The translations under genes and the position numbers were made by a program. Source: Octopus bimaculoides (lineage: Eukaryota). Taken from it: a stretch of 32,779 nt of DNA. Below are positions 11,345 through 22,499 of this stretch, piece by piece (position 1 is the stretch's first letter; each line of letters begins with the position of its first letter). The stretch lies in the NCBI RefSeq assembly GCF_001194135.2, contig NC_069003.1, positions 22,196,648 to 22,229,426 on the forward strand, in the 5' to 3' direction. The notes beneath the pieces are model-generated. The model was not told the DNA's origin, searched no databases, and saw only the letters and a list, made by a program, of their open reading frames with translations.

Positions 11345-11908
11345 TTGTGTGTGTGTGAATGTATGTTTATGTATATATGTATGTGTATATGCGTGTATAG
11401 TTTATGTATATGTGTATATATCTTTGTGTATATAGTGCATAAATATGTGAGTGTGTACATGTATGTGTGTGTGTATGTGTGGGCATGCGTGTATGTGTAT
11501 GTGTGTGTGTGTGTGTGTGTGTGAATGCATACATGCTTGTATATATGCATACATACTTGTGTGTATGCATGTGAATATATGTATGTGTGTATGTGGATGT
11601 ACATGTGTGTGTGCGTGTGTGTGTGTGTCTGTGTGTGTGTAAGCATATGAAACAACAATAACAGCAAATGAACAAAGATGTAATAGTAACCAGATGAAAT
11701 AATTAGGTGATCTACTTTAATTAAGCAAGACTTTGAGTGCATTAATTAAAGAAGTAAACAGTTCATTAATCACATTCACTCTAGTATTGGTAGAAATTAA
11801 CACACCACTAATGAGTACACTATTCATTTTGTTTTAATTAGGATACCCTGAATGTCCTTGCAGAAACAAACACGGTCTTTCTTTTGGGAATGCTGTGTGT
11901 GTGTGTGT

Positions 11909-11947
<39 letters not shown>

Positions 11948-12167
11948 TTTGTGTGTGTGTGAGTGTGAGTGTGTTTGTGTGTGTGTGTGTGAGTGTGAGT
12001 GTGTTTGTGTGTGTGTGTGTGTGTGAGTGTTTATAAGTGTTATAATTGTGTGTATATTCATGTATATAGGAATGGATAAATATGTATACATAAAACACAT
12101 CATAGCATATTTGTGCATATGTATGTATGTGTATGTGTATATGTGTTTGTGTGTGTGTGCATGTATG

Positions 12168-12209
<42 letters not shown>

Positions 12210-12400
12210 ATATATATATATATAATATATTTAACCTTTACGCCTAAATTATATAAAATTTCAAAAATTGTTTATAGTTGATCATAAATTTAAGAATATA
12301 TAAATACACGTGTATATATTCATGTGTATTTATGCATCTATATGTATGTGTGTGTATGTATATAATATATATGTATATATATGTATGTGAGTAGATACTT
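11345..12400. repeat. Large low-complexity block of (GT)n, (GTAT)n, (GA)n and (TA)n
   Basis: Directly visible; source of the HT/YI/CV-repeat ORFs. Confidence 0.92.
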
Positions 12401-12429
12401 ATGTGTACATATATCTCTATTTACATACA

Positions 12430-12536
12430 TGTACACAAAATTTTTTCATGGGCCTTTAACACACCACTGTGGATCCCCAATTTATATGGACCCACCCTCC
12501 ACCAAGGGCCATAAGGACCCCGGTTGAAAACCACTG
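12430..12536 (+). mobile_element. Possible hAT/Charlie-like MITE end fragment
   Basis: Ends GGACCCCGGTTGAAAACCACTG, the reverse complement of a CAGTGGTTT terminus. Confidence 0.4.
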
Positions 12537-12564
12537 ATTTAAATACTAAAGAGCATGTTGAATT

Positions 12565-12940
12565 TCATCATCATCATCATCATTTAATGTCCACTTTCCA
12601 TGCTGGCATGGGTTAGACGGTTTGACTGAAACTGGTAAACTGGAGAGCTATACCAGGTTCCAGTCTGATTTGGTATGGTTTCTATGGCTGGATGCCCTTC
12701 CGAATGCTAACCACTCTGAGAGTGTAATGGGTGCCTTTTACATGCCACCAACACCAGTAACACTGGTAATGGTCACGAGTGCCATTTACATGACATTAGC
12801 AATGGCAACAGTTTTGGTTTCACTTGGCTTGATGAGTCTTCTCAAGCACAGCATATCACCAAAGGTCTCAGTCAGTTATTATCGCCTCCATGAGACCCAA
12901 CATGTGAAGATCATGCTTCACCACCTCGCCTCTCCTCCTT
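12565..12940 (-). mobile_element. 5'-truncated RTE-type LINE 3' end with (GAT)n tail
   Basis: Minus-strand translation EVVKHDLHMLGLMEAIITD*DLW*YAVLEKTHQAK* resembles an RTE ORF C-terminus; followed by the shared 3' region and the GAT tail. Confidence 0.7.
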
Positions 12941-14504
12941 AACAAAACACTAATTTTCACCATGAAAATTTCTCATCTTAGTAAGGAAGAAGTTGACAGT
13001 ATTTTTAATGCGAGAAAAACTATAATAAAGTTTGATGGCAATTTATGGATAAGATAATTATGATATTAACATGGAGGTCTAGTAACTCAGCAGAAGTCAC
13101 AGATCTCATGAGAATATTTACATTATTCTGTATTAAATCTGAGTTTCCTTCTATGCTTGGAGGATTGTATGTGATGATACTGTTTCTTCTTTTTATAAAT
13201 TCAACAATGTTGAATTAGAAAGAAACAAAAAAAAAAAAATTTTTTAAATTTGAGTTGGGTTGGCTTTCTAATTATAAAACACCTTATTTTTTAGATGTTT
13301 CTTTAAATCTTGATAGTAGTTTAAATAAACTTTATCATAAAAGCAATGAAAAGTCTTCAGTATATTAACTGTAAATCAAATCATCCATATGAAATAAACC
13401 AATCATTAAAAGTATCTCACTGTATTTCAAAACTTTTGGCTGATCAAGAAATCTTACAAAATGCCAGTTACTTACCATAGCTCAGCTCTAGCCAGTATAA
13501 GAGAACTTCAGTTAAGTAATGATAAATCTCATCACAGAATAAATTATAATAATAAACATAACATCATAAAATAGAATATTATAATTCTGATCCCTCTAGA
13601 AATATAGTGAATCCTAACAATAGCATCTATATAAGTGCGATTAACCATAACAATACCCCTAATATCTGTCAGGAAAATAAAATATAGTTATAATAATAAA
13701 TATAACAATAATGGCACTCCATTGATTATGTTCCAGTTGAACTAACCAATAGAACAGGTTCATTACAGGAACCTAGCTCATCAGGCATCAGCAGCCAAAT
13801 GGAGACATGTAGGAAGCCCAAGATGGCTACTGGAAACTGGACTGCTATTGGACAAAGCAGTCACATGGTGTTATTGGGAATAGCATTTTCAGCAACATCA
13901 AATTCATCAGAATAAAATTTTCTGGGCTTCATGGCTGGATGAAATTTTTTTTCCCATGAGAGTTCCGGACCCCAGTAATGAACTCATTTGCATACAGGCA
14001 ATCAGAGCAGAGCTACCTTTATCCTTTCTTCCTTTCTATTCAGCACCATGCATTCCTTACTCTTTCCCTCTCTACTGGCAGGCAGCAACCTTTTCGTCAC
14101 TATTGAAAAAAAATTTCGCTATCACTACAAGTATTACTGTCTCTTACTACCTATTGGGCAAACAAATAAATATATGTAAATAATATTTCTTCCTTCTTGG
14201 TGTTGATCCTTCAATGTTCACAGGTTACTTTGACGTTGGCACAATAATACACTTGCCAAAACGAATTGCTGGAGTTATTTCATTATTGCCAGAAATATGT
14301 TTTTAAAAAGTTATAGAGGTTTAAAGTTTGATCATTTTCACCCAGTCAGGCAATAAGGTCACTTAGTTAAGGAATTACCATGCTTCTTTTCACTTTTAAT
14401 AATGCGTGTTGTTCTTGTTCTTGGCTGCCTCTATGTAGTTATTTGTGTTGTTGCTTACTTTGTAAAACAGTAAGGGGAGAGGGTTGCTAGCACATCACCC
14501 TCTA

Positions 14505-14604
14505 NNNNNNNNNNNNNNNNNNNNNNNNNNNNNNNNNNNNNNNNNNNNNNNNNNNNNNNNNNNNNNNNNNNNNNNNNNNNNNNNNNNNNNNNNNNNNNNN
14601 NNNN
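14505..14604. other. Assembly gap
   Basis: N run. Confidence 1.
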
Positions 14605-15027
14605 TATATATATAAATATATATATATAAAAATATATATCTATATCTATATATATCATATTTATATATATATACATACTTATATATATATATATATAAGT
14701 ATATATAAATATATGTATATATATAAAGGTATATATACACACCTATCTCTATCAGGTGGATTGTACCTGTTCTTGGTTGGTAAGATCAACCAGGTGATCA
14801 TCACCTGGTCCTTGGGTACCTTTAGTTGAGTCCAGTCTATTGCAGTCATCTGAATGAAGTCTTTAGTCAGAGAGGTAACCCCTGAGATTGTAGTTCCTCT
14901 CTCCCTATCTCTCTAATCCATAGGATGATGATGGTGGTGGTAATGTTTTCTATGATGATGATGACGTTGACTAAGCCTTCAGTATGAATTCATAATTAAA
15001 AAAAAATTCAACTCAACATTTTATGTA

Positions 15028-15042
15028 TTTATTTATTTTATT
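15028..15042 (-). terminator. Candidate polyadenylation signals of DDX54 (three clustered AATAAA)
   Basis: AATAAA on the minus strand at 15042-15037, 15037-15032 and 15033-15028, 10-24 nt after the stop. The local sequence is very AT-rich, so chance occurrence is possible. Confidence 0.4.
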
Positions 15043-15051
15043 AAATTTTTA

Positions 15052-15245
15052 CTATTTTGAATTTTTTTTGTTTTTCTTCTTGCGTTTCAAATTCTCTTGT
15101 TGCCGGTACTTCTGGTATGACTGTTTCTGTGCCTTTACTCGGCGACTCTTCAGAATCTGCTGAGCATTCTTCCGCTCTTTATTTTTGAATCTCCGTTTCT
15201 TATTGCCTAAAGCATTTGGAGTGTCTTCATCAGGTTTGCCCATTC
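15052..15245 (-). CDS. DDX54: DDX54 last coding exon
   Basis: Long pyrimidine tract plus catag acceptor. Encodes (R)MGKPDEDTPNALGNKKRRFKNKERKNAQQILKSRRVKAQK...KKNSK then TAG; the KxxQQILKxRR basic tail is typical of DDX54. Confidence 0.92.
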
Positions 15246-15529
15246 CTATGATGGAGAAAAAGAGGAAGAATGAGAAAGAAAGTGATCAAATTGGACTTAT
15301 CTCCCTTGGTCATTATACACAAAGTGTCTGTTACCTGTCATACAACAGGTAATGTTGGAAACATACTTTTGTAACTGCTGGTAGTGTTTAACTATTAATT
15401 AATAAATAGTTAAACAGTACTGTTGATATTGATAAAGTAGATGTTGCCAACATTTGCCCATTCTTCAAGGAAGATGTTATATTTTTATTTCAGAGGAATT
15501 CAAAAGCACAGAGCTAGTGGAAATCGTGA

Positions 15530-15875
15530 TAGCACCTGTGCCCAGCGTCACCTTCCTGGCACGTGTAAAGACATTCGAGTGAGATCGTTGCCAGTGCCGC
15601 TGGACTGGCTCCTGTGCAGGTGGCACGTAAAATACACCATTATGAGCGTGGCCGTTGCTAGTACTGCCTGACTGGCCTTCATGCTGGTAGCATGTAAAAG
15701 CACCCACTACACTCTCGGAGTGGTTGGCGTTAGGAAGGACGTCCAGCTGTAGAAACTCCGCCAAATCAGATTCGAGCCTGGTGTAGCCATCTGGTTTGCC
15801 AGTCCTCAGTCAAATGGTCCAACCCATGCTAGCATGGAAAGCGGACATTAAACGATGATGATGATGATGATGATG
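15530..15875 (+). mobile_element. LINE-tail family copy in the last DDX54 intron
   Basis: Collinear with 7846-8195. Confidence 0.85.
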
Positions 15876-16267
15876 ATATGTCAACAAACATCACCAGCCG
15901 CAGTCCAGCCACAAATGACACTGTCCACTGACTGTAGCAGAGCTGCAAACAGTGACATCACCATTTGTAGCCATACTGCAATATAGGTTGGAAACATTCA
16001 TACAGACATATATACATTATCATCATCATTTTAACATCTACCTTTTCATGCTTACGTTGATCAGACAGAATTTACTGTGGCTGATTTTTTTATGGTTCGA
16101 TACCCTCCCTGGTTCCAATCAACATAATATTTCTCCACAGCTGTATATATTACTAGAGTGGAATGGAAACAAACAATACACTCGTTTTACAACTTTTACG
16201 TGGTTTCAGGGCAAAGAGAAAACACACACACTCTTGCAGATACATAAACATACAAAAAAGCCTCTCT

Positions 16268-16888
16268 AAATTCTATCTATCAAATCCACTCACAAGGTTT
16301 TGATTGGCCAGGACTATAACACTGTGACAATTTTTTTTTTTTTGTCTTTGGTCAACAAGTGTTATTCCTATTTGCTTATATCTAGAAATCAAAGGAAATC
16401 ATTACTATTCTCTTCAAACTTTGCTTTTGTGAGATGGACATCAATGGTTTGAAACCCACCTACTTTCCATTACATTTCAGACAGATTCAGCACCAAGTTG
16501 TGAAGCAGAAATATCTTCATAGCAAATATTCTGCTCAATACAACAGATTTGCTTGTCAGTTGCTTAACCTTCACCATTTGAGCATGTCCCTTAGTGGCTG
16601 ACAAGATGTGCATCTCTGATCATGAGCAAGAGTAATGGGGAAACATCATAGCCATGTGCTGAGAGGGATTCTTTAGGGTTTCAATAAATGTAACAGAAGT
16701 AAAGTTTGAAAGAAATATTAGCCATTTTTCATACTTTCTAGAGGTAAGCAAATAGGAAACAACAGTAACTACCCAAGAACAAAAATCATATTTTTATAGA
16801 AGACACTTGTCCAAGGTGTCAAGCAATGAAACTGAACCTGAAATCAAATGCTTAGGAAGTGAACTTCTTAACCACATAGCCATGCCAT
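16268..16888 (-). mobile_element. SINE family A split by a ~475-bp nested insertion
   Basis: 3' half at 16268-16320, 5' half at about 16797-16888. Confidence 0.6.
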
Positions 16889-16965
16889 ATGCTTGTTGAA
16901 ATAAAAACAGATCTAAAGAAAAGCTTCAAGTAAAAATATAAAATAGAAATGGCTTTGTCTCTTAC

Positions 16966-17108
16966 GTCTTTTGTTTAAACCAAACACCCTTATGTGTTTC
17001 TCTTCAGCAGCGGCAGATTCCGTTTCCATTTTGACTGGAATGATTTCACCACCATCATCATCATCTTCTTGTTCTTCTATCTTGTTGTGCTTCTTCCACT
17101 GTTCATAA
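16966..17108 (-). CDS. DDX54: DDX54 coding exon, begins at an AC acceptor
   Basis: 143 nt, phase 2 to 1; gtaaga donor. Encodes (F)YEQWKKHNKIEEQEDDDDGGEIIPVKMETESAAAEEKHIRVFGLNKR. Confidence 0.9.
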
Positions 17109-18515
17109 GTGATAGGGATTAAGGAAACAAACAACACCATATGAATGAGCCTTTTGTTTACAAAGATCGTGTACCTTATCCAAGAAGCTTTGACATGCAT
17201 TGGTGGTGGATTGTAAGCAAAGGACACTGCTTGTATCAACAGTAAGACTGTTGTTTACAGTCAGCAAATACACACGAAGATGCGGGAAAATAATACAATC
17301 TCATTCACAGAAACCACACAGATATATATATATAGACAAATAGATACACACACACACATACCCAACCAAACATCACAGTCCCATGCAAGGCCAAGTTGAC
17401 AGTATTTTACTGTGCAACAGACAAAGTCTATAAATTGTATAGGGCCTGTGTTGGTCAAGGTCAACCATCTGCACATGGATGTGCAGGCCTGGGCAAAATG
17501 TTTTCCAAGATTTGGTCTATACATGCAAATCTCATCTCTCTGTGCCACTGATGTATATCCAAAAGGAAGGCCACTGACTTGGGCTGATAGAGCTGGATAC
17601 CAGTGTCTTCACAGGGGTTGCTGTCAGACTGCAAAGAACCATAACAAACACCACAGGGCATCTTACTTGATCTGTCTGCAACCGGTCCACTGCCCTGGAC
17701 GGTGCTTTTAATTTTATCAACTGCAGCTGGGTTTGAACACAAAGTACAAGGAGTTGGAATAAATAGCATTAAGGTATTATCCAACCAACAGGTTTCAGCG
17801 GTTTCCATCTGTCAATGGGATTTCATACACAAGGTTAGGTTAACCTGAAACTATGGTAGAAGATATGCATAATTCCAAGGTGGCATACACTGGAATTGAA
17901 CCTAAAACCAAGTGGTTGCAGGCAAGCTTCTTAACCAGACAGCCAAGCCTGTAATCAGACCTCACTGACATCATTATCATCATCGTTTTAATGTCCACTT
18001 TCCCATGCTCGCTCTCATAAGTTGGATGTAATTCTTCAAAGTAGATTTCTACAGCTGGATGTCCATACTACCGCCAACCCTCAATTATTTCCAACTAATG
18101 TAATATCTCCAGACATGCTTCCATAGAAGACTGGAAACAAATACACTGCTTGTATGTGACACTTGTTTACAATTATCACAAGATGTCAAGACACTAATAT
18201 ATCTAACACAATACATGTATGTGTGTGTGTGTGTGGTGCGTATGCACTTTCACACTTCACATCAAGAAATTTGTTTCACGTCAAGAATCTAGCAAACCAA
18301 ATACATAAAAATGACCAAGTTATTTTACTAGTCACCATTATTTTCAAAAGTATCATAGGATGTCAAAATTATAGGCAGAGTATTTCAACAGAAATATGGT
18401 AACAAAAGGGTTAATAATAGAACAGCCAGATGTTTTCTTTGGTGAAAGCTGACAGCTATAATGTTACCGTCAGGTTAGGGGACACAAGCTGATGTTGAGC
18501 ATAAACAAAGGATAT
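17109..18515 (-). other. DDX54: U12-type (minor spliceosome) AT-AC intron of DDX54, 1407 nt
   Basis: 5' end ATATCCTTTG; branch site TTCCTTAAT at 17126-17118; 3' end TATCAC. Splicing joins SN-F-YEQWKK in frame and completes the DBP10CT motif. Confidence 0.92.
17785..17950 (-). mobile_element. SINE family A inside the AT-AC intron
   Basis: Degenerate match from GTTTCCATCT to CTTCTTAACCAGACAGCCA. Confidence 0.75.
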
Positions 18516-18626
18516 AAGTTGGATTTGTATGATGCTGGAATTAAGGCTCCACTTTCAGTCCTTACTTTCTTTGGTTCCTTGCTCAGGACAGCATTCTTTG
18601 ATAAAAACTTCTTCTTTTTCCGATCC
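18516..18626 (-). CDS. DDX54: DDX54 coding exon (DBP10CT core), ends at an AT donor
   Basis: ttgttatag acceptor; 111 nt. Encodes (W)DRKKKKFLSKNAVLSKEPKKVRTESGALIPASYKSN, the hallmark WDRKKKKF...KTESG..I.ASYK motif. Immediately followed by ATATCCTTTG. Confidence 0.95.
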
Positions 18627-18764
18627 CTATAACAAAGAGGACAAAATAGATAAACATAAGCAAAACTTCAAAGTCACTATCAACCATTTTCTTAAAAACA
18701 GTTACTTTACACACACACACACATGCATGCAGACATACATACATATCTTTCTTCTCTCTTTTGC

Positions 18765-18960
18765 TTGTTTCAGTCATTAGACAGCAGCCATGCTGGGGCA
18801 CTGCCTTAAAGAATTTTAGTTGAACAACTCAACCCTAGTATTGATTTTCTAAGCCTGGTTCTTATTCTATCAGTATCTTTTGCCAAAATGTTAAATTATG
18901 GGGAGGGGGGACATAAACACACCAACACCAACTGTCACGTGGTGGTGGGGGGACAAACAC
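18765..18960 (-). repeat. Interspersed repeat family B
   Basis: CTTGTTTCAGTCATT..GCCATGCTGGGGCAC..CCTGGTTCTTATTCTATC..TAAACACACCAACAC. Confidence 0.78.
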
Positions 18961-19052
18961 AGAAAAAGACATGCACACACATGTATATGTGTGTTTGAAC
19001 CACCACCACCACCACCACCACTACAACAAAAAGAGAAACTCAAATGAATTAC

Positions 19053-19157
19053 CATTTCATTTTGTACTGCATCTTCTGCATCTGATTCACTTCGTCTCCT
19101 GTAACCTCAAACCCACATGCTGTGGCCTCATTATGAAAGTTGTTTTCAATGTTAAGG
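19053..19157 (-). CDS. DDX54: DDX54 coding exon
   Basis: ttcttctctcag acceptor and gtaatt donor; 105 nt, phase 2 to 2. Encodes LNIENNFHNEATACGFEVTGDEVNQMQKMQYKMK(W), the start of the DBP10 C-terminal domain. Confidence 0.92.
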
Positions 19158-19454
19158 CTGAGAGAAGAAGAAAAAAAAAATTTTTAAGATAGGAACAAAA
19201 AACATGAAAACATTAAAAAAAAAAAGTTCTGGGCAAAATTTTATGGGCAGAAACTGTGGAAGCTTATCATGTATGTGTACATGTGTGTGTGAGTAAGGTA
19301 AGTGAGCGTTTGTGAGTGTAAGTGAATGTGTGCATGTGTGTGTACATCTGCGAATCTTTCCTGGTATCTTCCTGTGTGAGCATAAATAGTGACAGAGGTT
19401 GTATTTCTTGTAAATAAAATGTTTTGTAACTCTACACCAGTTTCATAGATTTCG

Positions 19455-20100
19455 TGTGAAGACCATCATCGTCATTTAATGTCTGCATCTGTTGCAGGCA
19501 AGAGTTGGCCAGTTCAACAGGATCCAATGAGCTTGAGGGCTATGTTGGTCCCTAATATCTTCTTTGGCAAGGTTTCTAAGGCTGGACAGTTTGACAGGAT
19601 CCAAAAAGCTTGAAGGCTACGTTGCTCCCTAATGTCTTCTTTGGCAAGGTTNNNNNNNNNNNNNNNNNNNNNNNNNNNNNNNNNNNNNNNNNNNNNNNNN
19701 NNNNNNNNNNNNNNNNNNNNNNNNNNNNNNNNNNNNNNNNNNNNNNNNNNNNNNNNNNNNNNNNNNNNNNNNNNNNNNNNNNNNNNNNNNNNNNNNNNNN
19801 NNNNNNNNNNNNNNNNNNNNNNNNNNNNNNNNNNNNNNNNNNNNNNNNNNNNNNNNNNNNNNNNNNNNNNNNTTGGCCAGTTCAACAGGATCCAATGAGC
19901 TTGAGGGCTATGTTGGTCCCTAATGTCTTCTTTGGCAAGGTTTCTAAGGCTGGACAGTTTGACAGGATCCAAAAAGCTTGAAGGCTACGTTGCTCCCTAA
20001 TGTCTTCTTTGGCAAGGTTCCCATAGCTGGATGACCTTCCTAATGCCAATCACTTTATGGAGTATACTGGGTGCTTTTTACATGGCACCAGCACAAATGG
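19455..20100 (-). repeat. LINE-tail copy containing a 77-bp tandem array
   Basis: GGATCC sites at 19520, 19597, 19888 and 19965 give a 77-bp period either side of the gap; the normal family sequence resumes after 20019. Confidence 0.75.
19652..19872. other. Assembly gap within the 77-bp array
   Basis: N run. Confidence 1.
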
Positions 20101-20373
20101 GATCATTGAGTAACATGCAAGACAATACTCTTTCACAGAGGGAGGTGTCTTTGTGCCAGGCGTAGAGAGGTTTAAAGTACGATAACAAGAGATGATGGTT
20201 TGGCTTGGACATTTCGACAGGATTTGATAGGATCAAAAACTGCACTGAACTCCAATATCTGCTGGATGCTCTTCCAAACACTAACCACTTTACAGTGTGT
20301 GCTGAAACCAAAAAAAAAACCAAAAAAAAACAAGAGAGAAAAAATAATAGAATGAAAGCAGTGTTAAACTTAC

Positions 20374-20516
20374 GACTTCTCACTGTTATAATCAGCTGGA
20401 CAATATTGGACATAGTTCTCTTCATCTTTCACTGATTTTGCAGATTTTGCATTCTTCATCTTTTTTACAAAAGCCTTCTTTGATGGTTTTGACACAACTA
20501 CAGAGCTGAAAACATC
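20374..20516 (-). CDS. DDX54: DDX54 coding exon
   Basis: tattttcag acceptor and gtaagt donor; 143 nt, phase 0 to 2. Encodes DVFSSVVVSKPSKKAFVKKMKNAKSAKSVKDEENYVQYCPADYNSEK(S), matching the DxEFYIPYRPKDFxSE motif. Confidence 0.93.
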
Positions 20517-20699
20517 CTGAAAATAATAGCAGGAATTAGACTTCAAAAAAGAAAAAGAAAAGAATTTAAAAACAATAATAATTTCTAATTAGACCAAACA
20601 AGACTTTAGATTTATTCCCTTCATGTCTCCTAATATTACCCTGGGCCAACCAAAGGCTTGTGAGTGGATTTGATGGACAGAAATTGAAAGAAGCCCATA

Positions 20700-20749
20700 A
20701 TATCATATATATGTGTGTGTATGTATGTATGTGTATACATAGGTATGTA

Positions 20750-20808
<59 letters not shown>

Positions 20809-20830
20809 ATATACACACACATACATACGA
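20700..20830. repeat. (TA)n/(GTAT)n microsatellite after a family A 3' fragment
   Basis: Directly visible. Confidence 0.9.
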
Positions 20831-22499
20831 GTGTATGTCAGTGTATTTATGTCTATATAGTTCAAATTTACTGAAAACAAAAGATGAAGACAGGTGAAGG
20901 AACAACAAGCAGGTCATCATCATCGTTTAACTTTCATCATCATCATCATCATCGTCTGCTTTCCATGCTAATTTATTTAATGCTCAGGAAGAATGGAAAA
21001 GTCTTTGATGTTTTGAGCCTACACTCTTCAACAGAAAGGATTGAGAAGAAAAAAAGGAGGGAGAATGAAAAAAATGTGTAGAGATTAACAGTTCAACATG
21101 ATGAAATAGTCGGAAGAAATGTATGTGTGTAGGTGCAGGTGTGGCTGTGTGGCAAGAAGTTTGCTTCCCAACCACATGGTTCCAGGTTCTGTCCCAAGAC
21201 AGACAGATTAAGATTAAATACCAAGTATTAAAAAAATATAAAGGACAGGGGTCAATTAATTCAACTAAAATTCATCAAGGTGGTGACTGAAACAAGTGAA
21301 AGATAAAAGATATACACATACACACACACACATATGTACGTATGTGTATGTGTGTGTGTGTACGTACATGCGTCTGTGTTACCCTGTCTTGACATCACAG
21401 GATAGTTATAAACAAGTATCACCATCAGAACAAAATATTACCTTGCTTGGAAACAGGTGAGAGTTGGTGACAGTTAAGGTGTCTGGCCACAGAAAATTAT
21501 ACCTCAAAAAATTCCTTATGACCATTAGGTACAGGATGCAGTTTTGGCCATCAGCCTTGTAAGTTATGAGGCCATCTTCAGTAATGCTGGTACCACCAAA
21601 ACAAAAAGCACTCAATACACTCTGTCAAGTGGCTGACACTAGAAAGGGCCACCAGACATATAAAACATGCCAAAGTAGAAATTGCAGTTCTTCAACTTCT
21701 CAGCTCCTGTCAAACCATCTGACCTAAGCCAGAATGGAAGCCAGATATTAATTGATGGTGATGATAATGAATATGAGAATGGGCAAAAGGAGATTATAAG
21801 GAAATATTTATCTCAATGTTAGCTTGATTGTCAGAAGAAAATAATAACAAATAAGTAGAATTTTAGTTGTAGTATTTTCATGGTTTTACTGTCATTCCAG
21901 CTGTGATCCTTTTTTTTTCCACCTATTTTTTTCTTTTGTCTGGCTTCTTCTAGGATTATTTCATCTTAATTCTTTTACAGCAGAGGCACATAACCTAGTG
22001 GCTAGGGTGTGGTTGTATGACCCTGGTTTTGATTTCTTTGACTAGGCAGTGTGTTGGATTCTTGAGCAAAACACTTCATTTCATGTTGTTCCAGTCTACT
22101 CAGCTTTAAATGAGTTCCAGCATTAGCTGGGAAGTTAACAATGGTGTTCTGTTCAGTGGGGAATGTTGTAATATCAGTTATGTCATTCTCCACAGACCTG
22201 AATAGGTCCAGTCACTGGATTATGGCTGTGTTAGAGCACACAGCCTGCAAAGGTTTTTAGTCAATTATATTGACCCCAACATTTTGTCAGGTACTTTGTC
22301 AACTTCAGACAAAGACAAAAGATGGTCAACCAAGTATAATAGGAGACAACCCATATGCTAGTCAACACTGATATTCATCTCATCAAGCAACACAAATCAA
22401 CATTAGAATCTTCCATTGTACTTGAGAAAATTCGTCAAGCCATGGGAAATTGTAGTCATGGCCATTGCCAGTGTCATGTAAATGTTACCTGCGAAATAG

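Noticed and set aside
11122-12281. His/Thr, Tyr/Ile and Cys/Val-rich ORFs (also at 2352, 20566-20923, 27547-27872)
   Set aside because: These are translations of dinucleotide and tetranucleotide microsatellites.
13855-13935. Short minus-strand frame MKPRKFYSDEFDVAENAIPNNTM after a CAG
   Set aside because: Too short, unrecognised and without other supporting exons.
16913-17239. 108-aa ORF as a standalone gene
   Set aside because: Only 16966-17108 is coding (a DDX54 exon); the flanks are intron, including the U12 branch site.
17261-17808. Overlapping Cys-containing ORFs inside the AT-AC intron as a nested gene
   Set aside because: No recognisable domain and no convincing splice sites; ORFs on both strands suggest old repeat sequence.
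19505-20019. Regularly spaced repeats as a possible CRISPR array
   Set aside because: The units are fully tandem with no unique spacers, the context is eukaryotic and there are no cas genes.
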